Below, in pieces: positions 29,365 to 39,642 of a stretch of DNA of 64,000 nt (its first letter is position 1; the number at the start of each line of letters is the position of its first letter). The position numbers and the translations under genes were made by a program. Source of the DNA: Candidatus Latescibacterota bacterium (GTDB lineage Bacteria > Latescibacterota > UBA2968 > UBA8231). The stretch spans positions 2,016,001 to 2,080,000 of the forward strand of contig OZ242214.1 in NCBI GenBank assembly GCA_965206595.1, in the 5' to 3' direction. A model generated the notes under the pieces. That model was not told where the DNA came from and ran no database searches. It worked only from the letters and a program-made list of their open reading frames with translations.

Positions 29365-31104
29365 ATGATTCGCATACGCGACCTGTGCTTCTCCTTTCCC
29401 GGTGCCAGTACGAGCGCCCTGGACCGGGTGAGCATCGATATCGCGCCCGGAGAGCGGGTCGCTGTCATCGGACCGAACGCCTCGGGCAAGACCACCCTTG
29501 CCCGCTGCCTGAACGGACTCCTGCTGCCGGGCTCCGGTTCGGTAACGGTCGATGATCTCGACACCCAGGATCGGGATTCGCTCCCGTCGCTGCGCCGCCT
29601 GGTGGCGATGGTGTTTCAGAACCCCGACGATCAGCTGGTCGCCACCACGGTGGAAGGCGAGATCGCCTTCGGGATGGAAAACCTCGGCGTTCCTCCCCCT
29701 CTGATGCGGCAACGCGTTGACGAAGTACTGCATCGCTTCGGGTTGGAGCGCTACCGAAGCCATCCGCCCCATCTGCTGTCGGGCGGAGAGAAGCAGCGCC
29801 TGGCAATCGCCGCGGGGTTCGCCCTGCGGCCTCGCTATTTCGTTCTGGATGAGCCGACCTCGATGCTGGATACGGATGGGCGCGCCCAGCTGCTCGAGGT
29901 AGTCGATGAACTGAGTTCCAGAGAGCGGATCGCGACAATCCAGATCACCCAGGATGCCGAAGAAGCCTGTCGCGCCGATCGCGTGATCGTGATGGACCGC
30001 GGCCGCATCCTGCTCGATGCAACCCCGAATGCGGTCTTTGCCGAGGAGGAACGCCTGCGGGCCATCGGCCTGGAAATCCCCTTTCTAATCGCACTCGCCC
30101 GCCAGATTTCCGCTGCTGGAGGGACGGTTCCCGTGCGGCCGTCCCTCCCCGATCTCGCCGAGCGCGTGGTCGACCTGTGCGCAGGGAAAGGCGGGGCTTG
30201 TTTCGAAAGCCCTTCGAGAGATGGCATCGAAAGTAACGGCGAGACGCGCCCTTCCCTGCGGGTGGAAGACATCCACTTCTCCTATGAGATAGGTCCTGGT
30301 CGAAAAATAGAGGCGCTGGAAGGAGTAACCGCCAGCCTGTCCACCGGGGGGGCAGTCGGAATCATCGGCAGGAGCGGTTCCGGAAAAAGTACCCTGGCGC
30401 AGCATCTGAACGGGCTGCTCGCCCCGAGTCGCGGGCGCGTGCTGCTCGACGACAAGGATCTGTCGCTCCCGTCCGAGGCAGCCCGCATCCGCAGGCGCAT
30501 CGGCCTGGTGTTTCAGTACCCCGAGGTTCAGCTTTTCGAGGAGAACGTCGCCGCGGACGTCGCATTCGGTCCGGCAAGCGCAGGCTGCGACGAAAGGGAA
30601 ACGCAGCGGCGCGTGCGCGCGGCGCTGGCAGCCGTGTCCCTGCCTCACGAGCAGTATGGTTCACGCCTCCCGACCGCCCTGAGCGGAGGGGAGCGGCGGC
30701 GGGCGGCCATCGCCGGAGTGCTGGCCATGGAGCCGGAGGTGCTGGTCATGGATGAACCCACCGCCGGACTCGATCCCGCAGGATTCGCCGGCCTCCTCGA
30801 CCTCCTCGCCGGGCTGCGAAAACGGGGAGTCGTTCTGGTGCTTATAACCCACGACGTCCGACTGGTGGCCGCGGCGACCGCCTGGGTCGTCGCCCTCGAC
30901 CGGGGACGGGTCGTGTTCGAAGGGAGAACCGAGGAGGTGCTGAATCATCCGGATTTCAGCCGCCTAACCGGGTTGGAGCCTCCCCCCGCGGTGCGTTTCG
31001 CCCAGCGGCTGTCAGCAGCGGGCTTACTGGTCGCGCCGGGGATCACGCGCCAGCAGCAGGTACTGGATTTGGTAGGTGCCCTGACTGGAGCTGGTGATGG
31101 GTGA
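29365..31104 (+). CDS. Fused dual ATPase of an ECF-type transporter (EcfA1-EcfA2)
   Basis: Two ABC domains: GPNASGKT/FQNPDDQ/LSGGEKQR and GRSGSGKS/FQYPEVQLF/LSGGERRR. Confidence 0.9.
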   Translation: MIRIRDLCFSFPGASTSALDRVSIDIAPGERVAVIGPNASGKTTLARCLNGLLLPGSGSVTVDDLDTQDRDSLPSLRRLVAMVFQNPDDQLVATTVEGEIAFGMENLGVPPPLMRQRVDEVLHRFGLERYRSHPPHLLSGGEKQRLAIAAGFALRPRYFVLDEPTSMLDTDGRAQLLEVVDELSSRERIATIQITQDAEEACRADRVIVMDRGRILLDATPNAVFAEEERLRAIGLEIPFLIALARQISAAGGTVPVRPSLPDLAERVVDLCAGKGGACFESPSRDGIESNGETRPSLRVEDIHFSYEIGPGRKIEALEGVTASLSTGGAVGIIGRSGSGKSTLAQHLNGLLAPSRGRVLLDDKDLSLPSEAARIRRRIGLVFQYPEVQLFEENVAADVAFGPASAGCDERETQRRVRAALAAVSLPHEQYGSRLPTALSGGERRRAAIAGVLAMEPEVLVMDEPTAGLDPAGFAGLLDLLAGLRKRGVVLVLITHDVRLVAAATAWVVALDRGRVVFEGRTEEVLNHPDFSRLTGLEPPPAVRFAQRLSAAGLLVAPGITRQQQVLDLVGALTGAGDG

Positions 31105-32398
31105 AACAGTCGTCATCCGCAATGGGCGCGTCCTCGACCCCGGGAACGGCTTGGACGCCGTTGCGGATGTCTGGATCGAGGACGGAGCAGTGCGCGCCGT
31201 AGGAGCCGCACTGCAGACCCCGGAAGGGACTCCCTCACTCGATGCAAGCGGCATGCTGGTCACCCCGGGCTGGATCGACTCGCACGTCCATTTACGGGAG
31301 CCGGGTTTCGAGGCCAAGGAGACGATCGCCAGCGGCAGCGCCGCGGCCGCCGCCGGGGGTTTCACCGCGGTCGTCACCATGCCCAACACCGAGCCACCAC
31401 CCGATTCGGCGGCCGCCCTTGCCGATCTGCAGGCACGGGCGGCCGGGACCTGCGTGCCCATCTACCCGATCGCCTGCATCACCGAGGGGCGGACCGGGAA
31501 GCGCCTGGCGCCACTGTCGGACCTCGCCGCCGCGGGCGCCGTTGCCTTTTCGGACGACGGCGATCCGGTAGCGGATGCGGGCCTGATGGAAGCGGCTCTT
31601 GCAGTCTCGCGGCTGACCGGGGTTCCCCTGTTCCCTCACGAGGAGGTCAGGGAGCTGACAGCCGGAGGCTGCATGCACGAGGGAGCGGTTTCGCGGCGTC
31701 TCGGAATCCCGGGCATACCATCGGCGGGAGAAGAGGAAATGATCGCCCGCGACATCGAGCTCGTCGAACGTTGCGGAGGACACCTGCACGTAGCCCACAT
31801 CAGTACCGCGGGCTCGGTTTCTCTGATCCGCGAAGCCAAGCTTAGGGGCCTTGCGGTCACCTGCGAGGTGCTGCCACACCATTTCGCGCTGACGGACGAG
31901 GCGGTCGCGGACCATGGCACTGCTGCCAAGATGAGCCCCCCGCTGCGCGGAAAGTCGGATGTCGAGGCGATGCTGGCCGGACTCCGGGACGGCACCATCG
32001 ACACGATCGCCACCGACCATGCCCCCCACACCGCCGCGGAGAAACGACTTCCCCTTACCGAGGCGCCGTTCGGCATCGTCGGACTGGAAACCGCGGTCGG
32101 CCTGACCTTCACCTGTCTGGTCGAGACCGGGGTCCTCGGCGCCGCCCAGGCGATCGCAAAATGGACCACCGCGCCGGCGCGCATACTTAAACTGCCGGGA
32201 GGGCGGCTCGACATCGGCGCACCCGGGGACGTGACGGTCATTGATCCCGCCAGGCGCTGGACGGTAAGGCCGGAACGTTTTCGATCGAAGTCGAGCAACA
32301 CCCCGTTCGCAGGCTCCAGGCTCACCGGCAAGGCCGTTGCCACCATAGTCGGAGGCGGCGTCGTTCACAACGAGATTTCAGAGCGAAAAGAAGGGTGA
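31097..32398 (+). CDS. pyrC: Dihydroorotase (type I)
   Basis: DSHVHLREPG, MPNT, FSDDG, KMSPPLR, ATDHAPH, APFGIVGLE, SKSSNTPF. Confidence 0.93.
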   Translation: MGETVVIRNGRVLDPGNGLDAVADVWIEDGAVRAVGAALQTPEGTPSLDASGMLVTPGWIDSHVHLREPGFEAKETIASGSAAAAAGGFTAVVTMPNTEPPPDSAAALADLQARAAGTCVPIYPIACITEGRTGKRLAPLSDLAAAGAVAFSDDGDPVADAGLMEAALAVSRLTGVPLFPHEEVRELTAGGCMHEGAVSRRLGIPGIPSAGEEEMIARDIELVERCGGHLHVAHISTAGSVSLIREAKLRGLAVTCEVLPHHFALTDEAVADHGTAAKMSPPLRGKSDVEAMLAGLRDGTIDTIATDHAPHTAAEKRLPLTEAPFGIVGLETAVGLTFTCLVETGVLGAAQAIAKWTTAPARILKLPGGRLDIGAPGDVTVIDPARRWTVRPERFRSKSSNTPFAGSRLTGKAVATIVGGGVVHNEISERKEG

Positions 32399-33721
32399 GG
32401 ACTGGAAGGCGTTCTCGACATGGGTGACCTCGCAATCCTCCCCTCCGGACCCTAGCTGCACGGCCAGAACGTCGAACCTCACCTCGCATCTCCGGGGGAT
32501 GCCGCGGCGGCGTATGAAATGCCTGGCAGCGCGCGTCACGCGTTCCTGTTTTTCGGCAACCACCCTCAGCTCCGGGGGGTAGAGCCGGGATTCGCTCGCC
32601 TTGACCTCGACGAACACTAGGCAATTCGGTCCGCGTGCCACGATGTCGACCTCGGCCCCCGCGCCGCGGTAGTTGCGCTCGAGCAAGCGATACCCCATGG
32701 CAACCAGATGATCCGCGGCCAGCTGCTCGCCGCGGGCCCCGATATCGCGCAAGCGCCTGCGGCGCTCTCGAACCGAAACCGCGAACTGGCGCTCCTCTTC
32801 CTCTGAAAGGGGAATCGCCGTCTTTTCGGAACGCAGCCAGCGCTCGAGGTCCTCGGAGCTGGTCAGAACCTCCAGCTGCCGGCGTCGCTCCCGGAGAGCT
32901 TGGCTGGGGGCAGGGCGAAGGTGCTCCGCAACCGGCTCGAAAGAGCGCCGGTGCAAAGGACAAGGGCCGTACTTTTCAAGGGCCTTGCGATGGCGGGCGC
33001 TCGCGTAGCCCTTGTTACTGGCGAATCCGTACTGCGGGTATCTCGAATCCACCTCGACCATCATCCGGTCGCGGTGCACCTTGGCGACGATGGCCGCTGC
33101 GGCGATGGATACCGAGCGTTCGTCGCCGCCGACGATGGCCGTCTCCGAGAATGGGGTTCCCGGCTTGAGGGAGCCGTCGACGAGAACCCGATCAGGCCTT
33201 GGATCCAGCTCCAGCAGGGCTTTTCTCATCGCCTTCAAGGAAGCCTGCAGGATGTTGAGCTCGTCGATCTCCGGGACCTCAACGGACGCTACCGCGACGC
33301 AATGAGCCTGTTCGAGAATCTGCCCGCAAAGCGCCTCGCGCACCTCGGGTGGCAGCTTCTTCGAATCGTCAATCTCCCACAGCCCGACACCGGGGCGGAA
33401 GGCGACGGCAGCGGCCACGACAGGCCCTGCCAGGCACCCGCGGCCGACTTCATCCACTCCAGCCACCACCTGAACCCCTGACTGCCAGAGGCGGGTTTCG
33501 AATTCGCGCATTCGTCGCGCGCGGGCGCATTCGGACTCGCGCCGGCGCATTTGCTGGCGGGCGCGAACGGCGATCCTGCGCACCCCTGCTCGCCTGTCGC
33601 GCTCGAGGACCCGGCAGGCACGCTGGTCGATGTCGGGGTGGGAGCGTACCAGCTCGTCTACCTGGGAGATTGAGAGCCGCTCGACCACTCCGGGTGTGAT
33701 GCGAGTTACGGCCGCAGCCAT
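32378..33721 (-). CDS. rnhB: Ribonuclease HII fused to a YraN/UPF0102 PD-(D/E)xK domain
   Basis: GVDEVGRGCLAGPV, DDSKK, LVDG, AKVHRD, HRRSF; then GARGEQLAADHL...ERNYR...EVDIVA...FVEVK...RFDV in the same ORF. Confidence 0.92.
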   Translation of the reverse strand: MAAAVTRITPGVVERLSISQVDELVRSHPDIDQRACRVLERDRRAGVRRIAVRARQQMRRRESECARARRMREFETRLWQSGVQVVAGVDEVGRGCLAGPVVAAAVAFRPGVGLWEIDDSKKLPPEVREALCGQILEQAHCVAVASVEVPEIDELNILQASLKAMRKALLELDPRPDRVLVDGSLKPGTPFSETAIVGGDERSVSIAAAAIVAKVHRDRMMVEVDSRYPQYGFASNKGYASARHRKALEKYGPCPLHRRSFEPVAEHLRPAPSQALRERRRQLEVLTSSEDLERWLRSEKTAIPLSEEEERQFAVSVRERRRRLRDIGARGEQLAADHLVAMGYRLLERNYRGAGAEVDIVARGPNCLVFVEVKASESRLYPPELRVVAEKQERVTRAARHFIRRRGIPRRCEVRFDVLAVQLGSGGEDCEVTHVENAFQSSPFFSL

Positions 33722-33846
33722 TGGCTGATCCCGTTCAAGGTGCGATTGACATGGCCTCTACGTCCTTTATGTTGACGCAACGCGCATGCAGGTCGGGTGA
33801 GGGAACTCTCCCGGTTCTTCAGCGTCCAAAGCCGGAAGGGGATCCA

Positions 33847-34464
33847 ATGTCGGTGGATAACATGGCAAAGATTGCAGCCGCGGTCCTGGTGGCGGCGGGG
33901 TTTGCGCTACGGCCACTGCCCGTCCCGGCGCAGACCGACATCGAAATACAGCCACTGACCGAGTCTGACACCCGGCTGTACCTCAACGACGGCTCGGTCA
34001 TCATGGGCCGCCTGATCGAGCACAGCAAAGACCTCGTAATCGTTCAGGTAAAAGAGCAGATCTTCACCTTCGAGCTCAAGGAGATCGACCGCATCGTAAC
34101 TCTCGATTCTCTCGGAGCGGGGGCGCGGACCGTCTCAGTCATCGAGTTCCCGTATATCAGTTTTCTGGGAGGAACCGTCGCCTTCGGCCTGCTGTCGTGG
34201 CTGCAGTTCGACACCGCTTCGGACCGCGACCGCGACGCCGACCTCAACGAGGCCAGCGGCGTCTCTGCACGGGCACGTGAGCTGCGCGACAAGGCCGAAC
34301 GCGCGCGTCTGCTGGGGTGGTCCTCCGCGGTTCTGGCCGCCGGCAGCACCGTCGTGGCGCTGGTTCCGCGCAAGGAGAAACGGCGGGTTTTTCCCGAGCT
34401 CACGCTGCAGCCTTCGGTCTCCGGTTCACCCGGGTTCATCCTGGCATACAACAGACGCTTCTGA
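33847..34464 (+). CDS. Hypothetical exported/membrane protein
   Basis: Signal-like N-terminus, LYLNDGSVIMG beta-domain, two hydrophobic segments, C-terminal Phe; coding-like codon usage. Confidence 0.7.
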   Translation: MSVDNMAKIAAAVLVAAGFALRPLPVPAQTDIEIQPLTESDTRLYLNDGSVIMGRLIEHSKDLVIVQVKEQIFTFELKEIDRIVTLDSLGAGARTVSVIEFPYISFLGGTVAFGLLSWLQFDTASDRDRDADLNEASGVSARARELRDKAERARLLGWSSAVLAAGSTVVALVPRKEKRRVFPELTLQPSVSGSPGFILAYNRRF

Positions 34465-34494
34465 TCTGGGGGCGGCTAGTGCCGTCCCCAGATC
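34463..34494. terminator. Strong hairpin between convergent genes
   Basis: GATCTGGGG-G-CGGC-TAGT-GCCG-T-CCCCAGATC; no U-tract. Confidence 0.5.
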
Positions 34495-34676
34495 CAACCT
34501 GCCATCAAAGGGGCGAATGCCCCCAGCCTGCATGCGGGCAGGGGGCCAGATAGAGGCACTGGATGCCTCGGCGGATGAATTCCGGGGGCGTTCGCCATAC
34601 CCCACCCATGCCTGCCTGCGCAATTCCGCGCTGATTCGGTCGCCCTCGCCCGCCCGCGTACTCGCGCAGGCAGGCA

Positions 34677-35162
34677 CTACTTCGCCTCGGGGGGGCACGA
34701 CCGATAGTCGGAGGGAGGCACCCTCGCCGCGAGGAAGTCGACGAGGCCGCGCAAAGCCAGCAGGTAGCTGTCGCTACCGAACCCTGCAACCTGTCCGACA
34801 CACACTGGCGCCACGACCGAGTTCCGGCGGAACCGCTCCCGGGCGTGCACGTTCGTAAGATGGACTTCCACCGCTGGGAGACCCACCGCCGCCACTGCGT
34901 CCCTTACAGCCAGACTGTAGTGGGTCAGTGCCCCGGGGTTGATGACCACACCCTGGGCCCAGCCGCCCGCCTCGTGAATAGCGTCGATTATCGCGCCCTC
35001 GTGATTCGATTGCTCGATCCGGAGTTCGACACCGAGCTCTCCGGCCAAGGCTCGCATGGCGGCATCGATGTCGGCAAGCGTTCCGGAGCCGTACACATCG
35101 GGCTCCCGCCTGCCCAGCAGGTTGAGATTGGGACCATGTACGACCAGAATTCGTAGCGCCAC
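34677..35162 (-). CDS. aroQ: Type II 3-dehydroquinate dehydratase
   Basis: [41 protein letters not shown]. Confidence 0.96.
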   Translation of the reverse strand: MALRILVVHGPNLNLLGRREPDVYGSGTLADIDAAMRALAGELGVELRIEQSNHEGAIIDAIHEAGGWAQGVVINPGALTHYSLAVRDAVAAVGLPAVEVHLTNVHARERFRRNSVVAPVCVGQVAGFGSDSYLLALRGLVDFLAARVPPSDYRSCPPEAK

Positions 35163-35177
35163 TGTTGTCCTGCCCTT

Positions 35178-35915
35178 CTATTGGCCTGTCACTCGGAGAT
35201 GGCGAGCCGCCCGTTCCAGCACCAGCGCCGACAGAACCACGCAGGCCGTATCCGCCCGCAGCGTTCGCTCTCCCCAGGAGAACAGCTGCACCCCCGCGGT
35301 GACCGCTGCCGCCGCCTCCGTTCCCGAAAAGCCTCCTTCCGGGCCTGTCATCAGACCGACGGAGGCATCATCCGCCTTAAGGAACTTCAATTCCGGGTGC
35401 GCCTTCCCCCGGGGGACCGATGCCATCACCACGATGCCGCAATCGCGCAGCAAGGCAGCCAGTACATCCTGGAAGTCGCGCGGCTCCTCTACCTGAGGTA
35501 CCCGGGAGCGACCGCATTGTTTTGCCGCCTCCCGCGCCAGGCGCTGCCAGCGCTGCGACCGGCTTCCGGTCGCAACCCCCCTTTCCGCCAGCATCGGCCG
35601 AATCGAGACCACTCCGACCTCCGTCGCCTTTTCGACGACATGATCGAAGCGCTGACTGCCCTTCATCACCGCCGCGGCGAGATGAAGACGCACCGGACTT
35701 TCGCCGCGCTCAGGCTCTTTCTCCATAATAAGGCCGTGCACCGAGGTGCGCTCGATTCTATCGATACGTACACGGTAGAATCCCCCCTGCCCGTCGACGA
35801 CCTCGACGAAGTCTCCGACGGAATACCTGCGGACAGTGACGTGGTGGGCTTCATCCCCCCGCAGCGTCAGCCGATCGGCGACGATATCATCGGGGTTTAC
35901 GAGAAAGGAAGGCAT
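35178..35915 (-). CDS. rsmE: 16S rRNA m3U1498 methyltransferase
   Basis: EKATEVGV, EAAKQCGR, GPEGGF, LRADTA. Confidence 0.93.
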   Translation of the reverse strand: MPSFLVNPDDIVADRLTLRGDEAHHVTVRRYSVGDFVEVVDGQGGFYRVRIDRIERTSVHGLIMEKEPERGESPVRLHLAAAVMKGSQRFDHVVEKATEVGVVSIRPMLAERGVATGSRSQRWQRLAREAAKQCGRSRVPQVEEPRDFQDVLAALLRDCGIVVMASVPRGKAHPELKFLKADDASVGLMTGPEGGFSGTEAAAAVTAGVQLFSWGERTLRADTACVVLSALVLERAARHLRVTGQ

Positions 35916-35937
35916 TTTCTCCCTCTTGTGCGGGGGC

Positions 35938-36831
35938 TCACAACGGGCGAGCGGAAATACCGAGCCAGCCGTTCCTCTCCCACCGGCGAACGACGGCGAG
36001 GCCTGCCTCCCACAACCGGGATTCGAATCGATCCCGCTCCGCCGCCAGCAGGCCGGAAAACAGGATCCTCCCGTCGGCGACGATCAATTTTCGCAAGACA
36101 GGCAGGATCGGAAGCTGGAAACGGCTCTCGAGATTGGCGGCGATCACGTCGAAAGGGTCGTCTCCGGCGGCCTCGATGCTGCCGTGCAGGACCCGCACGC
36201 TGCTGCCGGCTCCTTCCCGGTTCGATCCGAGGTTGGCCTCGACGTTTTCCCGCGCACAGTTGACGGCGTCCGAATCGACATCGATGGCGACCACCTCCCT
36301 CGCCCCGAGTTTTTCCGCTGCAATCGCCAGAATTCCGGTGCCGGTGCCGACGTCGAGGCAGCGCCGCCCGCGGAGTTTCGTGGCCGCGAGCGCTTCGAGG
36401 CACAGCTGTGTCGACTCGTGGGTTCCGGTTCCGAAGGCCATCGCCGGCTCGATTGCGATGGCGATGTCTCCGGGGGAGGTCTCGACCTCGATCCAGGGTG
36501 GGTGGACCACCAGGTTGGGAGTAGGCCACACTTCCTTGTAGAAACGCCGCCATTCCGCGTTCCAGTCGCGGTCGGCAATGGCGTCTACGTCAATGTTCAG
36601 CGGTGAAATTGCGCTCCCCCTGAGCGCTTCCTCAAGGGTTGAACGGAGAGGGTGCTGTGCCGGGGGAGGCTCGTTTGCGAAGTAGGCGAGGACTGCGGTC
36701 CTGTCCCCGGTCTCGTCGATTAACTCGACCCCGGAGCTGCCGCAGTCGAAACAGAGCCCGACTGCGGCAGCTACATCCTCCGCCCGCAGGGTGAGGGCGA
36801 TGCGCTGCCAACTAGCCCCTGACGGGTTCAC
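35938..36831 (-). CDS. prmA: Ribosomal protein L11 methyltransferase
   Basis: DWNAEWR, PAMAFGTGTHESTQLC, LDVGTGTGILAI, ANL. Confidence 0.94.
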   Translation of the reverse strand: MNPSGASWQRIALTLRAEDVAAAVGLCFDCGSSGVELIDETGDRTAVLAYFANEPPPAQHPLRSTLEEALRGSAISPLNIDVDAIADRDWNAEWRRFYKEVWPTPNLVVHPPWIEVETSPGDIAIAIEPAMAFGTGTHESTQLCLEALAATKLRGRRCLDVGTGTGILAIAAEKLGAREVVAIDVDSDAVNCARENVEANLGSNREGAGSSVRVLHGSIEAAGDDPFDVIAANLESRFQLPILPVLRKLIVADGRILFSGLLAAERDRFESRLWEAGLAVVRRWERNGWLGISARPL

Positions 36832-37631
36832 GGGGCCGGCAGGTCTTCCAGCAGCGCCAACACCCGGGATGCGAGGGAGTCGAAAATCTGTTTCTCCTCA
36901 CTACCTTCGCCACTGCGTGCCCCTACCGGATGGCCCCGATCCCCACCCGACCGGATTCTCTCCGATATCGGGATCTCCCCGAGGAAGGGAATGTCGAGGC
37001 GCTCGGCGAGAGCCCCGCCCCCGCCTTCCCCGAAAAGGCAATGGCGTTTGCCACACGACGGACAGTCGTAGTAGCTCATGTTCTCTATGAGCCCCAACAC
37101 CTCGACCTCTACCTTGTCGAACATGGCGATGCCGCGCTCGACGTCGTCGAGGGCGATGTCCTGCGGAGTCGTTACGATTGCGGCGCCCGACAGGGCCACC
37201 GCCTGGCTGAGGGTAAGGGGAATATCTCCGGTACCGGGAGGGAGGTCGATGAATAGGCAGTCGAGCTCCCCCCACTCCACCTGGCCGAGAAACTGCTGCA
37301 CAGCCTGGGCCAACAGGGGACCGCGCCAGACCACGGGGGTGTTCTCGTCGGCGATGAACCCCATCGACATGACGGCGACCCCGTGGCGGAGGATCGGAAG
37401 CAGGCGATTACCGCCCGTCAACTCCGGTTGCTCGTCGATCCCGAGCATCCGCGGGGCGCTCGGGCCGTAGATATCGGCGTCGAGGAGGCCGACTCGCGCC
37501 CCTGTGCCGGCGGCGCTCAGAGCCAGATTGACGCTCACGGTGGACTTGCCCACCCCTCCCTTGGCGCTGGCTACGGCCACTATGTTGCGCACCCCCGGAA
37601 CGGATGCATTCGCGGGAAACGTGCGCGGCAC
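36828..37631 (-). CDS. mrp: Mrp/ApbC/NBP35 Fe-S carrier ATPase
   Basis: AKGGVGKSTV, DADIYGPS, WRGP, DLPPGTGD, TTPQ, ENMS..CPSC; GTG 37631 just after the dnaJ stop. Confidence 0.93.
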   Translation of the reverse strand: MPRTFPANASVPGVRNIVAVASAKGGVGKSTVSVNLALSAAGTGARVGLLDADIYGPSAPRMLGIDEQPELTGGNRLLPILRHGVAVMSMGFIADENTPVVWRGPLLAQAVQQFLGQVEWGELDCLFIDLPPGTGDIPLTLSQAVALSGAAIVTTPQDIALDDVERGIAMFDKVEVEVLGLIENMSYYDCPSCGKRHCLFGEGGGGALAERLDIPFLGEIPISERIRSGGDRGHPVGARSGEGSEEKQIFDSLASRVLALLEDLPAP

Positions 37632-37644
37632 CGAGGCCGTCCGT

Positions 37645-38787
37645 TCACCCACGAAAGGCGTCCCGCATGCGGTCGAAAAACCCCTTGCCTTCCCTGGCCG
37701 CGCGATCCTTGTCAAGGAGATCGAGCTCCTCGAAAAGACGGCGCTCCTTGGCGCTCAGGTGGGTCGGGGTCCAGACCGTGATCTCGACCAGCTGGTCGCC
37801 GACACCGCGACCGTCGACATCGGGAATCCCCTTTCCGCGCAGCCTCAGCACCTGACCCGACTGGGTGCCTTCCGGGATGGGCATCTTGACCCTGCCCACC
37901 AGAGTCGGCACCCGGACGTTGTCCCCGAGGGCAGCCTGGCTGATGGTGACCGGCAGGCGGTAGAGCACATCCTTCCCCTGCCGCACGAAGTCCGGGTGCG
38001 GTTGCTCCTCGATGAAGACCTGGCAATCGCCTGCCGCGCCGCCGCGACGGCCCGCGTCTCCCTCCCCTCGCAACGGGATGTAGTTTCCGCTGCTGACCCC
38101 GGGTGGAATCCTCACGGACAGCGTGGCCCTGTCCCTGACGGTGCCCTCCCCGCGGCAGTCGCGGCAGGGATCGGCAATAACCATTCCCTCACCATGGCAG
38201 GTGGGGCACGCAGTCACGGTCACCGACTGTCCGAAGAAGGAGCGCGAGACCTGCTGCACCTTCCCTACCCCACCGCAGGTTTCGCAGCTGCGCGGCGACG
38301 ACCCGGGGGCGGCTCCCGAACCGCCGCATTCTCCGCACCGCCCCTGGCGGCTGAGGTGGATTTTCTTCTCGACCCCGATGGCGATCTCTTCGAGGGTGAG
38401 AACGACACCGACCTTGAGATCCCGCCCCTTCGGCGGCCCGGACGGGCTTCGCTGTCGGCGGCTGCTGCCGAAGATGCCGCCGAAAAGATCGCCGAACAGG
38501 TCCTCGAAATCAGAAGCGTGGGTGAAATCCGACCACTGGAAACCGCCTGAGCCGAAGTTGTTTTCGATCCCGGCATGGCCGTAGCGGTCGTAGGCCGATT
38601 TTTTCTCCGGGTCGCTCAGGATCTCGTAGGCCTCGGAGGCTTCCTTGAATTTCGCCTCAGCTTCGCTGTCGCCCTGATTGCGGTCGGGGTGATACTTGAG
38701 GGCCTGCTTGCGGTAGGCGCTCTTGATGTCGGTTTCCGATGCTTCCCGCTGAACGCCGAGCACTTCGTAATAGTCCCGTTCCGCCAT
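37645..38787 (-). CDS. dnaJ: Chaperone DnaJ
   Basis: J-domain with HPD, G/F region, four CxxCxGxG repeats. Confidence 0.97.
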   Translation of the reverse strand: MAERDYYEVLGVQREASETDIKSAYRKQALKYHPDRNQGDSEAEAKFKEASEAYEILSDPEKKSAYDRYGHAGIENNFGSGGFQWSDFTHASDFEDLFGDLFGGIFGSSRRQRSPSGPPKGRDLKVGVVLTLEEIAIGVEKKIHLSRQGRCGECGGSGAAPGSSPRSCETCGGVGKVQQVSRSFFGQSVTVTACPTCHGEGMVIADPCRDCRGEGTVRDRATLSVRIPPGVSSGNYIPLRGEGDAGRRGGAAGDCQVFIEEQPHPDFVRQGKDVLYRLPVTISQAALGDNVRVPTLVGRVKMPIPEGTQSGQVLRLRGKGIPDVDGRGVGDQLVEITVWTPTHLSAKERRLFEELDLLDKDRAAREGKGFFDRMRDAFRG

Positions 38788-38811
38788 CAGATCCGCCCGT
38801 CATGGCGACGC

Positions 38812-39546
38812 CTATTTCCCGTCGCTGTTTTCACTTTCTCCCTTTTCCACAGGAGCCTTGGCCACGACTACGCGCGCCGGCCGCAAGACTTTCTCCCTCA
38901 GCCGGTACCCCTTTTCCATTTCCTCCAGGACGGTGCCGGGCTCGCCGTCGGGGCTCTCCACTTCCAGCATGGCCTCGTGGAGGTTGGGGTCGAAGGGTTT
39001 CCCCGCGGCCTCGATCTCCTCGAGACCGAAGCCGTTAAGGATCGTCTGAAACTGGGACAGGATGAGCTCTACACCCTGTTTCAGGGACTGGGCTTCCGCG
39101 GCTTCCTGAGCGAGGGCCCGCCTCATGTTGTCCATCAGGGGGGCAATCTGGAGAAGGAGGTCGCGCAGGGTTTCCTCGCGCGACTCGGCCCGCATGCGGA
39201 CCGCACGCTTGCGGAAGTTGTCCAGCTCTGCCGCCGCCCTCAGGTAGCGATCGTAGTTGTCGGCGGCTTCGGCACGCGCTTTTTCCAGCTCAACGAGGGG
39301 TCCGTCACCCGGCGTGGCCTCCCCTTCTTCTGCGGGGGCCTCCCCTTCGCTGCCGCAGTCCTGCGGTTCAGTCAGGTCTCCGGGACCGGCTCCATCCTCT
39401 GGATCGGGCTGGGCGGCCTCCGACAGATCCGGCGTGTCACCGGTCGACGGCGCCTCTCCGGCGGCCGGACCACCCTCCGCCCGAATCTCCTGTTCGCTGC
39501 CGTCGCTGTCGGATGGCGAGGTCTCCTCGCTGGTGAATCTGTTCAT
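38812..39546 (-). CDS. grpE: Nucleotide exchange factor GrpE
   Basis: RAAAELDNFRKR, FDPNLHEA, KGY..LRPARVVV. Confidence 0.95.
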   Translation of the reverse strand: MNRFTSEETSPSDSDGSEQEIRAEGGPAAGEAPSTGDTPDLSEAAQPDPEDGAGPGDLTEPQDCGSEGEAPAEEGEATPGDGPLVELEKARAEAADNYDRYLRAAAELDNFRKRAVRMRAESREETLRDLLLQIAPLMDNMRRALAQEAAEAQSLKQGVELILSQFQTILNGFGLEEIEAAGKPFDPNLHEAMLEVESPDGEPGTVLEEMEKGYRLREKVLRPARVVVAKAPVEKGESENSDGK

Positions 39547-39642
39547 GGCGCCTGTCTGCTACTCTGCCTGTGGTAGGAAGGTGCTGTCGTCCGCCCGGTC
39601 ACACCGGCCGGTTTTTGTGGAAAGGAAGGCACTGCCCGAACG

